From assembly GCF_963921235.1 (NCBI RefSeq), contig NC_086108.1, forward strand, positions 102,426,001 through 102,490,000: a DNA stretch of 64,000 bases, given 5' to 3'. Within the stretch, counting starts at the first letter, position 1. Every line of letters starts with the position of its first letter. The position numbers were made by a program, and so were the translations under genes. The notes under the pieces are model-generated. The model ran no database searches and had not been told where the DNA came from. It saw only the letters and a list, made by a program, of their open reading frames with translations. Source of the DNA: Mobula hypostoma. Lineage: Eukaryota. Positions 12,214 through 24,189 of the stretch are shown in pieces.

Positions 12214-13913
12214 TCTCCAATTTCCTCCTACAGATATTTTTCTAAAACTTTTGAAGCACCTTGGGGGTGGCCACAGTTTTTGACACACCTCTTATTGCAT
12301 ACAATTGAGTTTAAAACCATGTTATTCTAAATGGGCCTGTAATATGGCTAAGGTTAAATAGGTAGTTTCTGGGTGGTTGAGCTGCAATGGCATGTTTAAA
12401 TAAAATAACACATCAGGCAAACAGAGCTTTCAGCCCATTGTATTGTAATTAAACCGGTAATTAAATATTTAATTAAACTAATCCCTTTTGTCCACACAAG
12501 GTCCATATCCGACCATTCAATGTATATCCATGTGCTTATGTAAGAGCCTCTAACACACCTCTGTCAAAATTTGATCACCTCAGGCAGATTTGCCTCCACC
12601 ACCACCGGATCCCAGGCACTCACTGCTCCCTGTGTGAAAAAACTGGTCCCTTTTCAGCTTAAATGCATGAATCAGAATTGGAATCACAATCAGGTTTGTT
12701 GTCACTGGCATATGTCGTTAAATTTGATGTTTTGTGGCAGACGTATGTTGCATTTCATAATAATAAAAATTGTAAATTTAGATAAGAAGTATATATAACA
12801 AAAGAAAATTTAATTAGATATATAGTGCAAAAAGAGAGGAAAAATACTGAGGCAGTGTTCATTGGTTCAATATCCATTCAGAAATCTGACGGCAGAGGGG
12901 AAGAATCTGCTCCTGAAATGTTGATTGTGCGTCTTCAGCTCCTGTACCACATCCTTGATGGTAGCAATGAAAATAGTCACAGTCATAGTCATAGTCATAT
13001 TTTATTGATCCCGAGGGAAATTGATTAAAGTATGACTATTTTCATTGCTACCATCAAGGATGTGGTACAGGAGCTGAAGACGCATGTCTTCCAGATGTTG
13101 CCTCCAACCTCGTTTGAAATTGTCTCTGCATCCTTGAAGTTGCCCTTTGCAAGTCATACCTGGTTCGCCAGACTTGAATGCCAGAGATCTCGACTTCAGC
13201 AAACAATGTACCTCCTGGTTCATTGACGGCTTTTGTTTTGGGAATGTACAGCAAATCTTTGTGAGCACACACTCATGCACACAGGTTTTAATGAAGTCAG
13301 TAACAACTGCAGCATATTCATCCCAATTTGAAGATGAATCCCTGAATACAGTCCAGTCCATCAATTCAAAGCAGTCCTGAAAGTGCTCCTGCGCTTCCTT
13401 TGTCCATACCTTCTTGGTCCTCACTACTGGTGTTGCAGTCTTCAGTCTCTGCCTATACTCAGGGAGTAGAAGTATAGCCAGGTAATCAGACTTCCCGAAG
13501 TGAGGGCGTGGAATAGCATGGCAGGCATTCTTGATGGTGGTGTAGCAATGGTCCAGTGTGTTGTTTCCTCTGGTATTGCAAGTGATCTGTTGATGGTAAT
13601 TGCTTAGTGATTTTTTTTAGACTGGCCTGGTTAACATCCCCCAAAACGATGGTGAAAGTGTTAGGGTCTGCTGTTTCGTACGTGTTGATCCCATTGCTCA
13701 GATCATCTAAAGCCCGATTGACATTGACCTGAGGTGGAATGTATACTGCTCCCAAAATGATCACTGAAATCTCCAGCAGTAGGTAAAATGGATGGCACTT
13801 AGCTGCGAGATATTCCATGTCTGGTGAGCAGAATTGGGACGGCACTGATATATTTGAGCACCAAGAGGAGTTGATCATGAGGCAAACTCCCCCACCTCTG
13901 CTTTTTGGATTCC
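12214..13913. repeat. Left arm of large inverted duplication
   Basis: Reverse complement of 14533-16128 with scattered substitutions; mirrored ORFs 12571+/15557- and 13486-/14568+. Confidence 0.95.
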
Positions 13914-14049
13914 CCGTCTCTCCGTGTCAAGGCTCCGTGTGAAGGTCCCTCCTGTTAGCTGTCCAATGTTCACGTTCGTGTAAACATCCTAACTCAATCT
14001 CCGTGCCTGTGTCCTGGACTTGGGTTCTCTTCATTCACTCATTGCAACA
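13912..14049 (+). repeat. 3' part of an LTR of the same sushi-type Gypsy family
   Basis: Aligns to ~5797-5931; ends attgcaaca; not followed by the PBS. Confidence 0.9.
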
Positions 14050-14532
14050 ACAGGACCCCACAGAACATAGTAAAAACTACCGAGAGGATCACTGGGGTCT
14101 CCCTCCTCCCTACTTGTGACATTTACCTACCACCCATCCTACAATCTCCAAATCATCAGGAAGGAGGTGCAGGATCAGCAGGACTGGGTAACAGCTTGAT
14201 CCCTCTGGCTGTGAAACTGCTGAGGCCACCACTGAAGTCTTGTCACGAGGACAGTGAGCTGTTTACTGTTTACTCTTTACCATTTACTGTTTACCTGTAC
14301 TGTGAACCACGTGCATTTTGAATTGTATTTTATTAACTTATTGATGGTAATATTTTGTCTTATATGATATATGTTTTGTAGTTGCACAGTGGTCCGGAGG
14401 AAGTTTGTTTCATTTGTTTGTATATACGTACAGTCAGATGACAATGAACTTGAAGTTGAATTTGAATTTGAATAAGAGAACTAAACAACCTTCTCCATAC
14501 CTGGATAGGTAAATCCTGTGATGCATCATGAA

Positions 14533-15360
14533 GGAATCCAAAAAGCAGAGGTGGGGGAGTTTGCCTCATGATCAACTCCTCTTGGTGCTCAAATATATCA
14601 GTGCCGTCCCAATTCTGCTCACCAGACCTGGAATATCTCGCAGCTAAGTGCCATCCATTTTACCTACGGCTGGAGATTTCCATGATCATTTTGGTAGCAG
14701 TATACATTCCACCTCAGGCCAATGTCAATCGGGCTTTAGATGATCTGAGCAATGGGATCAACACGTACGAAACAGCAGACCCTAACACTTTCACCATCGT
14801 TTGGGGGGATTTTAACCAGGCCAGTCTAAAAAAATCACTAAGCAATTACCATCAACAGATCACTTGCAATACCAGAGGAAACAACACACTGGACCATTGC
14901 TACACCACCATCAAGAATGCCTGCCATGCTATTCCACGCCCTCACTTCGGGAAGTCTGATTACCTGGCTATATTTCTACTCCCTGAATATAGGCAGAGGC
15001 TGAAGACTGCAGCACCAGTAGTGAGGACCAAGAAGGTTTGGACAAGGGAAGCACAGGAGCACTTTCAGGACTGCTTTGAATTGATGGACTGGACTGTATT
15101 CAGGGATTCATCTTCAAATTGGGATGAATATGCTGCAGTTGTTACTGACTTCATTAAAACCTGTGTGCATGAGTGTGTGCCCACAAAGACTTGCTGTACA
15201 TTCCCAAACCAAAAGCCGTCAATGAACCAGGAGGTACATCATCTGCTGAAGTCGAGATCTGGGGCACTCAAATCTGGCGACCAAGGTATGACTTATAGAG
15301 GACAATTTCAAGGATGCAGAGACAATTTCAAACGAGGTTGGAGGCAACGTCTGGAAGACA
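14533..15360 (+). mobile_element. Rex1/Babar-type LINE AP-endonuclease fragment (mirror copy at ~13085-13913, minus strand)
   Basis: SRGGGVCLMIN..WC, AVYIPP, GDFN, TLDHCY, GKSD motifs. Confidence 0.85.
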
Positions 15361-16128
15361 TGCCCTCTTTTCATTGCTACCATCAAGGATGTGGTACAGG
15401 AGCTGAAGACGCACAGTCAACATTTCAGGAACAGCTTCTTCCCCTCTGCTGTCAGACTTCTGAATGGATATTGAACCAATGAACACTGCCTCAATATTTT
15501 TTCCTCTCTTTTTGCACTATGTATCTAATTAAATTTTCTTTTGTTATATACACTTCTTATCTAAATTTACAGTTTTTTATTATGAAATGCACCATACGTC
15601 TGCCACAAAACAACAAATTTAACGACATATGCCAGTGACAACAAACCTGATTGTGATTCCAATTCTGATTCATGCATTTAAGCTGAAAAGGGACCAGTTT
15701 TTTCACACAGGGAGCAGTGAGTGCCTGGGATCCGGTGGTGGTGGAGGCAAATCTGCCTGAGGTGATCAAATTTTGACAGAGGTGTGTTAGAGGCTCTTAC
15801 GTAAGCACATGGATATACATTGAATGGTCGGATATGAACCTTGTGTGGACAAAAGGGATTAGTTTAATTAAATATTTAATTACCGGTTTAATTACAATAC
15901 AATGGGCTGAAAGCTCTGTTTGCCTGATGTGTTATTTTATTTAAATATGCGATTGCAGCTCAACCACCCAGAAACTTACCTATTTAACCTTAGCCATATT
16001 ACAGGCCCATTTAGAATAATATGGTTTTAAACTCAATTGTATGCAATAAGAGGTGCGTCATAAACTGTGGCCACCCCCACGGTGCTTCAAAAGCTTTAGA
16101 AAAATATCTGTGGGAGGAAACTTGAGAA
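14533..16128. repeat. Right arm of large inverted duplication
   Basis: Reverse complement of 12214-13913. Confidence 0.95.
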
Positions 16129-16948
16129 GGATGAGACACGCTCACGCTTCTTCTTCCAGAAGGTGCACAGAGGGAGCTCTGTGATCCACAACCTTAAGGA
16201 ACAGGACGGCTCAGTTGTGTCCTCACAGACTGATATACTGAGGATCTGCAAGCCCTTCTATGCCGGTCTGTACAACGAAAATGCTACAGCATCCACAGCC
16301 TCCCGCAACTTCCTGTCGTCTATCACGCAGGTCTTAGACGACGGCAGGAGGGAGAGTCTGGATCAGCCACTGACCCTGAACGAGCTGACAGGCTCCATCC
16401 ATTCCTTTGAGTCGAGTAAGACTCTCAGAGGCGACGGCTTACCGGCTGAGTTGTATTCGGCTCTGTGGAACTGGATGGACCCTGACCTGCTGGAAGTGTA
16501 CAATGCTATGCTTCTGGCTGGCTGCATATCAGAGTCCATGAGGAAGGGCATTATCACCCTCATCTACAAGCAGAAGGGGGAAAGGGAGGACATTAGGAAT
16601 TGGAGGCCCATCTCTCTCCTGAATGTGGATTACAAGATCCTGTCCAAAGCTATCGCCAACAGGGTCAAGTCTGCTCTGGGACAGGTGATCCACCCGGACC
16701 AAACCTGCGGTGTACCGGGCAGGAAGATCTCAGACAGCCTCGCGCTGCTGAGCGACACCATTGCCTATGTGCAGGACAGGGGGGTGAACGCCTGCCTGGT
16801 CAGCTGGGACCAGGAGAAAGCCTTCGACAGGATATCGCACACATACATGGCAGATGTGCTCTCCAAAATGGGATATGGGGAGGGAATCCGGAATTAGATC
16901 AGACTGCTCTACACAGACATCCATAGTGCAGTCCAAGTCAACGGGTGG
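16124..16948 (+). mobile_element. Tx1-type L1-superfamily LINE RT fragment, truncated at both ends
   Basis: RFFFQK; DGLPAELY; NWRPISLLNVDYKILSK; DQEKAFDRISH. Confidence 0.85.
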
Positions 16949-19900
16949 CGATCAGCAATCCTCTGGTTGCTGTCGGCTGAGCGAAGCAGGGCCGTGCGTG
17001 CATCCTTCCAGATCTTGCGGCACCGGCGGAGATGGGTCTGAACAGAAGACACAGCAATGTCATCTTCATGTGTGGGAAACAGAGGGGGATGGTAACCAAG
17101 GGAGCATTCGAAGGGAGACATTCCGGTGGCCGTGCTGACCAGGGAGTTGTGGGTGTACTCGACCCAAACGAGATGGGTGCTCCAGAATGACGGGTTGTTG
17201 ATGGTTATGCAGCGCAGTGCTGCTTCCAAATCCTGGTTTTCTCGTTCTGTTTGACCATTAGTCCGCAGGTGGAAGCCGGTAGACAGGTTTACTGAGGCTC
17301 CAAGGGCTTGACAAAAGGATCTCCAGACTTGAGAGATGAATTGGGGACCGTGGTCAGAAATAATGTCAAAGGGAATTCCATGGAGGCGGAAGACGTGATG
17401 GACAAGGAGGTCGGCTGTTTCACGGGCTGTGGGGAGTTTGGGAAGGGCTACGAAGTGCACAGCTTTGGAGAAGCGGTCCACCACAGTGAGTACAGCAGTG
17501 TTACCATGTGTTCTCCAGTAACGAAATCCAGAGCAATGTGGGACCAAGGGCGGCTAGGGACAGGCAGGGGACGGAGCAACCCAGCAGGTGGTCAGTGGGA
17601 GGCTTTTCCGCGGGCACAAACGGAACAGGCAGAGATGAAGGAACAGGTGTCAGTGTCCATGGAGGCCCACCAGAAATGTCTCTTCAGAAGGGACAGAGTT
17701 CAATCGATTCTGGGATGGCAGGCGAAACGAGAATTATGCCCCCACTGGCGAACCTGAGACCGAACAGAGTCAGGCACGAAGAGGTGATTGGGGGGGGGTC
17801 CATTGCCTGGGTCAGGTTGAGTCCGTCGGGCCTCTTCGACTATGGACTCGATCTCCCAGGTGAGGACAGCCACTACATAGGATGGTGGAAGGATGGTATC
17901 GGGGTTGGGAAGGCCCTCCTCAGAGACGTATTGACAGGAGAGTGTATCGGGCTTCCCGTTCTTTCACCCCGGACGATAGGTGAGTGAATCTGAAACAGCC
18001 AAAAAATAATGCCCAACGGGCTTGCTGGGAATTAAGGCGTTTGGCGGTTTGGATGTATGCGAAGTTCTTGTGATCTGTCCAGACAATAAATGAATGTTCT
18101 GCTCCCTGCAGCCAGTGCCTCCACTCCTCCAAAGTGAGTTTGACGGCCAGTAACTCCCAGTTCCCTACGTTGTAGTTCTGTTCGGCGGGGGATAGCCGGC
18201 AAGAAAAGAAGGCGCAGGGATGGAATTTTTGGTCAGGGCGAGAGAGGAGTCGGAGGCGTCGACTTCCACAATGAATTGGCGAGAGGGGCCAGGTTGGACC
18301 AGGATGGGAACAGAGGTGAAACATCTCTTCTGCTCCGAGAAGGCGGAGTCCGCTTCGGGGTCCCAGTGAAAAGGGGGCATAGGCGAGGTGAGTGGAGTAA
18401 GGGGCACTGCCATCCAGCTGTAATCCCTGATGAAGCGATGATAGAAATTAGCAAACCCCAGAAATCGCTGGAGTTGTTTGAGTGTCGTGGGTTTTGGCCA
18501 CTCCACCACCTCCCGGATCTTTTCGGGATCCGCCATCACTCGCCTGCTCTCGATGAAGTACCGTAAGAAACTGACAAAAGGGACATGAAACTCACACTTC
18601 TCAGCCTTAATGAATAGTTTGTTCTCCAAAAGCCTCTGTAGAACCTGACGGACATAGTGGGTGGGTTCCTGAAGACTGCAGAAGAAGATTAAGATGTCGT
18701 CCAAGTAAACAAAAACAAAACGGTTAATAAAGTCCCTAAAGATATCGTTTATCAGGGCTTGGAAGATGGCAGGAGCATGGGTGAGACCAAATGGCATGAC
18801 CAGGTATTCGAAGTGACCAAGAGGGGTGTTAAAAGCTGTTTTCCACTCATCTCCCTCCCTTATCCTGACCTGATGGTGGGCACTCTGCAGGTTCAACTTG
18901 GAGAAGATGGTGGCTCCATGAACTGGTTCAAAAGCAGAGTTGATAAGGGGCAGTGGATACTTATTGTTTATGGTTATGCTATTTTGGACCCGGTAGTCAA
19001 TGCAGGGGTGCAGTGAACCGTCTTTCTTCCCCACAAAGAAGAAACCTGCACCTACAGGGGAGGATGGGAGTTGGATAATGCCTGCCATGAGAGAATCATT
19101 TAGGTAAGCCTCCATTGCTTCCCTTTCTGGCCGGGACAGGTTATACAGCCGACTGGCGGGTAGAGGAGCTCTGGGGAGAAGGTCAATTGCGCAATCATAA
19201 GGTCGATGTGGAGGCAGGGAAAGAGCCCGTTGTTTACTAAACATTTCTCCCAGGTCGTGATACTCTGCTGGAACCTTGGATAAGTCGGGGATTTCAGAGG
19301 CGGACGAGGTCGCGGTGACTTTCACAGGGGACAGGGCCGATTGTAGACAAGTGAAGCGATAGAACAGACCACAGCTAGTTATCTTCCCGGTGGACCAGTC
19401 TGGCAGCTTAACCAAGGGTACCCAAGAACTATAGGAGCATGAGGAGAGGAAGTTAGGTTAAATTGTACCTGCTCCCGATGGTTCCTGGAGAGAATGAGAG
19501 ACAGGGGTGGTGTGCAGTGTGTGACTTGGGCCAGAAGTCTACTGTCCAGTGCCCGGGCTTTCAGAGGGGTACTCAACGGCTCTTGAGGAATTCCGGCCTG
19601 GGAAGCTATGTTCTCATCCAAAAGGTTCCCCTCGGCGCCGGAGTCCACTAGAGCTGACAAAGGCAGGAACTGTAGGTTGTATCATAAAGTAGTTGGGATC
19701 TGCATCCAGGTTCAGGGGACGGAAGGGAATGTTGTCTGGCTCACCAGGGTCCCCCTTTCCACTGGTGAGCCTTCCCTTTTGGCCAAAGGGGACAGGTAGC
19801 ACGGAAGTGGCTGGACTGGCTGCAATAGCGACACTCCCCCACTCTCAATCTCCGGAGTCGCTCTGCGGGAGAAAGACGGTTCCGTCCCAGCTGCATGGGT

Positions 19901-20200
19901 TCCTCTCCCGGGGCGGTGGAAATGGCCGGGCTTCTTTAAAGTAAACTTTAAACCCAACCCTCTGACTGCCTTGTCTGGCATTGTTGGAGGAAATGATTTT
20001 ACTCTTAAGCCAAATGATTTGTATATTTTGGCTTTTATTTCTCTTTTAGCCGGAAGAATTTTGTTGCTTAAATGGAAAGATGTCGCTCCGCCTACTCATG
20101 CCCATTGGTTGATTGATGTTATGTCATGTTTAAATCCAGAGAAGATTAGGTGTTCTATTTCTATGCCGAAACTAGATTTTTTCACATTATGGGGACCATT

Positions 20201-21596
20201 ATGCGATCGAGAATCTCCGGAGGGGAAGGCCCCAAATCCTTGGCTTTGCCCATTGCCCGTTGCCAGGGCCGGGGTCGAAGCGCTCGGCAGAGATGGTGCT
20301 CAGTGCTCGGTGTTGGAGAGCTGGTCGGAGGCTTGAAGTTTTCGGACAGGCTCAGAGTCAGACTGTGGTCGGGTGCTTCCAGGATGCTGCATCGGCAGGT
20401 TTGCGGCGCTGGAAGCTCATGGCAGGAAGAGTTTTCTTCCTTCAACTGTCTGCGTGAAATGACAGGTCTTTTGAGAGACCTTGAGACTTTTTTTTACCAT
20501 GCCCATGGTCTGTTCTTCTATCAAATTACGGTATTGCTTGCACTGTTGTAACTATATGTTATAATTATGTGGTTTTTGTCAGTTTTTTCGAGTCTTGTGT
20601 TACGTACCCCGTAACTGGGTTGCCAAACCAGCAGGAATGGATCACTCAGTTGGAGTCTGGATTACTAGAACTAAGAAAGTTTTATTAAAGAAACAAGCAA
20701 CACAGTACTCTAATCAAAGAATAATAAATGCAACAGTTCCGCAATGATAAACACACATGTACACAGAATTAGGATAACAGGATCAATCAAGCTCTATCGT
20801 CGTCTAGGGGTAAATGACCAGTTTCAAAGTGACGCAAAGTTCAGTTCACCGTAATCACTGCCGTGGGAGATGGACAGTGGGGGGAAGGAGAGAGAGAGCA
20901 AAATGAATGAATATTCAAACGGCTTCCACACAGACCTTCGATATTCTTCGCAGTCAGCTTTCAGGCGAGCCCTTTGTGATGTCTTCTGAGGTCACCGACC
21001 GTGACCCCTCCGTTTCCAGATACGATTGTTTCTCTGCGGTGAACCTGGCACCCAGGCAAGGGCGGACACACACCAGGTTCCCGCTGATCATGCCTTTCCA
21101 CCCTGTGCGTCTATGGCTTGGTCCCACGATCAGCCTTCCAAAACTTCCCACCGACTTATGGGAGGCGCACCGCTTCCAGGGTCTCGTTACCTCGTGGTGT
21201 CGTGTGTGTCTTGCCTTAGCGAACCTGTCCCTTTTTATTCCCCTGCTGGGGTATCGCCTGTCCATCACTTCAAACAGTTCAGGGTTCAAAGGGGGAGCCG
21301 ATCTTGACAGCTCTCCTTCCGTTAAACACTCCCGTCCTTTCATTAACATCTCCAAATGCTGCTCCATTGTTTTCCTTATCTCTCTTTCTCCTGAAGACAG
21401 GTGGCAGACCAACTGCTGATCCCACTGGTGCCAGCACAGACCAGCTAACATCTTAATCTATGTGTATTCTCGTCACACTTGGTTTGTCTTGTGTTTCTGT
21501 GATATCATTCTGGAGGAACAAATTGTATAATTTCTTAATGCATGCATTACTAAATGACAATAAAAGAGGACTGCGTGTCCTCATAAACTAATCTAA
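20201..21596 (+). mobile_element. Non-autonomous SINE-like retroposon inserted in the L1 (split by a solo LTR)
   Basis: Interrupts L1 reading WGP|FWNYF; homologous to 45426-46090 (minus); tail aatgacaataaa...ataaactaatcta. Confidence 0.7.
20598..21477 (-). mobile_element. Solo LTR (880 bp)
   Basis: tgttacg...cgtcaca termini flanked by 4-bp TSD cttg; aataaa on the minus strand near 20680. Confidence 0.85.
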
Positions 21597-23021
21597 TTTT
21601 GGAACTACTTTCACAAACTTCAACTTGTTCAGCAATGATGATGGCTATTATATGTTTGAATTTACGACTATTTGTCCAAGATGTTTTTCTTTTCTTTTAA
21701 ACAACCAGCTGTTTTTTTTGGGGGGGGTTCTCTTTTTTTTTGTTATGGGGTTTTGATTTTGCTTTACACTAGAATAAAATATACCTTTTCAATGTTATGG
21801 TTAATTTACTATACATAGATATGGGGCATTTCAACCTTGTTTCTGTTTCCATAATATCATAATGTATTTTGTATTCGTCTATGCAAGTAATTAATAAAAA
21901 TATTGAAAAAGAAACGGCCGGGCTGGGAGCTATTCTAGGAGCAGGAGGAGAAGAGAGGCTTGTGCTGGTGGGAGATGGTAATGAGTGCCGTGGAGTGGCT
22001 AGAGGTGGTGGACGACCAGATCTTTCCCTATGGCATTCTCGAAGATGATTGTCCAATCTGGTGGCTAGGGAGACCAAAGAATCCAGCCTCTCGGTGTAAT
22101 CACTTGCCGCCAACTCGTCTTTCACCATGTCGCTGAGACCATTCCGAAATACCCCTTGGAGTGCCTTGTCATTCCACCCCGAGTCGGCCGCTAACGTCCG
22201 GAACTCCATGCAATATTCGGCAGCACTGCGTGAGCCTTGACAGAGAGTGAATAAACGCTTAGCGGCATCTTTACCGCGGATGGGGTGGTCAAAGATCTTT
22301 CTCATTTCCGCAATAAAGGTGGGGAAAGAAGAGCAGCTATCCAGTTGATTATCTCAGGCAGCTGTAGCCCACACTAAGGAACTTCCCTGCAATAACCCCA
22401 TGATATAAGTTATCTTTGACTTAACTGTGGAGTACATGGATGGCTGGTGGAATACCAAGGAGCATTGCAAAAGGAAGGCCCAGCACTTCCCCAAATCCCC
22501 AGCGTAGTGTTCTGGTTCAAGTACGTGCGGCTCTCTTGGTGGGGGTGTTGCTGACACGTCGGGGGTTGCCACTACAGGCTGTCTGGGGTGGTTAGACAGA
22601 GTTCCAGGAGTGGATGGGGTAAAATGAGTGGATACACGGTCCACTCGGTCACCGATCTTTGTTACGTTAGCAGACAGGGAATGGAGATTCTCCATGACAT
22701 CCCGGAGAAGTTGATCGTGCAGACCCAGTACGGAGCCCTGGCTGGCGAGGGCTTGTTTCAGGGTATTCGTGACCGCTGGGTCCATTGTGGCCAGATCGTC
22801 CTGTTGCAATGAGGGAATGAAACAAACCCAAGTGCAGGACACAGGCACGGAGATTGAGTTAGGATGCTTACACGGACGTGAACATGACAGCAAACAGGAG
22901 GGACCTTGAGACGGAGAGATGGGGTTTCATAGGTAAACCCTGAAACTGGAGCAAAACTTAGAACGCATGGTTCTAAGCGGCCGGGAAACGTTAATCACCA
23001 CACAGGCAAAACCAACGATCT

Positions 23022-24057
23022 TTCCCCTGGTCCTCACCTACCACCCCACCAGCCTCCGGGTCCAACATATAATTCTCCGTAACTTCTGCCACCTCCAACT
23101 AAGCGCATCTTTCCCTCCCCCCCCTGCTTTCCGCAGGGATTGCTCCCTACACGACTCCCTTGTCCATTCATCCCCCCCCATCCCTCCCCACTGATCTCCC
23201 TCCTGGTACTTATCCTTGTAAGCGGAACAAGTGCTACACATGCCCTTACACTTCCTCCCTCACTACCATTTAGGGCCCCAGACAGTCCTTCCAGGTGAGG
23301 TGACACTTCACCTGTGAGTCGGCTGGGGTGATATACTGCGTCCGGTGCTCCCAGTGTGGCCTTCTATATATTGGCAAGACCCGGCGCAGACTGGGAGATC
23401 GTTTCACTGAACACCTACGCTCTGTCCGCCAGAGAAAGCAGGATCTCCCAGTGGCCACACATTTTAATTCCACATCCCATTCCCATTCTGATATGTCTAT
23501 ACACAGCCTCCTCTACTGTAAAGATGAAGCCACACTCAGGTTGGAGGAACAACACCTTATATTCCGTTATTCCGTCTGGGTAGCCTCCAACCTGATGGCA
23601 TGAACATTGACTTCTCAAACTTCCATTAATACCCCACCTCCCCCTCGCACCCCATCCGTTATTCATTTATTTATTTATATACACACATTCTTTTTCTCAC
23701 TCTCCTTTTTCTCCCTCTGTCCTTCTCACTATATCCCTTGCCCACCCTCTGGGTTCCCCCCCCCCCGTCTTTCTCCCTGGGCCTCCTGTCCCATGATCCT
23801 CTCATATCCATTTTGCCAATCAACTGCCCAGCTCTTAGCTCCATCCCTCCCCTTCCTGTCTTCTCCTATCATTTCGGATCTCCCCCTCGCACTTTTAAAT
23901 CTCTTACTAGCTCTTCTTTCAGTTAGTCCTGATGAAGGTCTCGGCCTGAAACGTCGACTGTACCTCTTCCTAAAGATGCTGCCTGGCCTGTTGCGTTCAC
24001 CAGCAACTTTTATGTGCGTTGTTTGAAATTCCAGCATCTGCAGATTTCCTCGTGTTT
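23022..24057 (+). mobile_element. Penelope-like element, GIY-YIG endonuclease + 3' end
   Basis: IYCVRCSQCGLLYIGKTRRRLGDRFTEH...VATHFN. Confidence 0.9.
23925..23959 (+). ncRNA. Minimal type I hammerhead ribozyme motif (Penelope-associated)
   Basis: agtc-CTGATGA-agg-tctcgg-cct-GAAA-cg-TC-gact: intact core, stems I and II pair, palindromic ACGT stem III. Confidence 0.75.
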
Positions 24058-24189
24058 GAGGTTAGGGTTAATCCAGGTTGAGGGCTTGTTGGGGTGGGGT
24101 GGTTGGAAGGGCCAGAAGGGCTTTCTCCCCGTGGTTTCGCTAAATATATAAAGCTGAACCCGGCAAGTCAGGTCTGGAGGGTGCGCCAT

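Larger units (their letters stand above)
19933..21910 (+). mobile_element. 5'-truncated L1 (ORF2 C-terminus + 3' UTR) inserted into gag of Gypsy copy 2
   Basis: ILLLKWKDVAPPTHAHW..EKIR; tail aataaaaatattgaaaaa; 14-bp TSD gaaa(t/c)ggccgggct at 19919-19932 and 21911-21924. Confidence 0.85.
16946..23021 (-). mobile_element. Second, truncated and interrupted copy of the sushi-type Gypsy element
   Basis: Partial 5' LTR 22802-23021, gag (22354-22893, 21769-22305), PR, RT (18165-19415), RH, IN; lacks chromodomain and 3' LTR in place. Confidence 0.95.

Noticed and set aside
14568..15482. 304-aa ORF as a host gene
   Set aside because: LINE endonuclease fragment running into unrelated repeat sequence; its mirror copy is frameshifted.
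20907..21451. 165-170 aa ORFs on both strands
   Set aside because: They lie within a solo LTR and show no recognisable motif.
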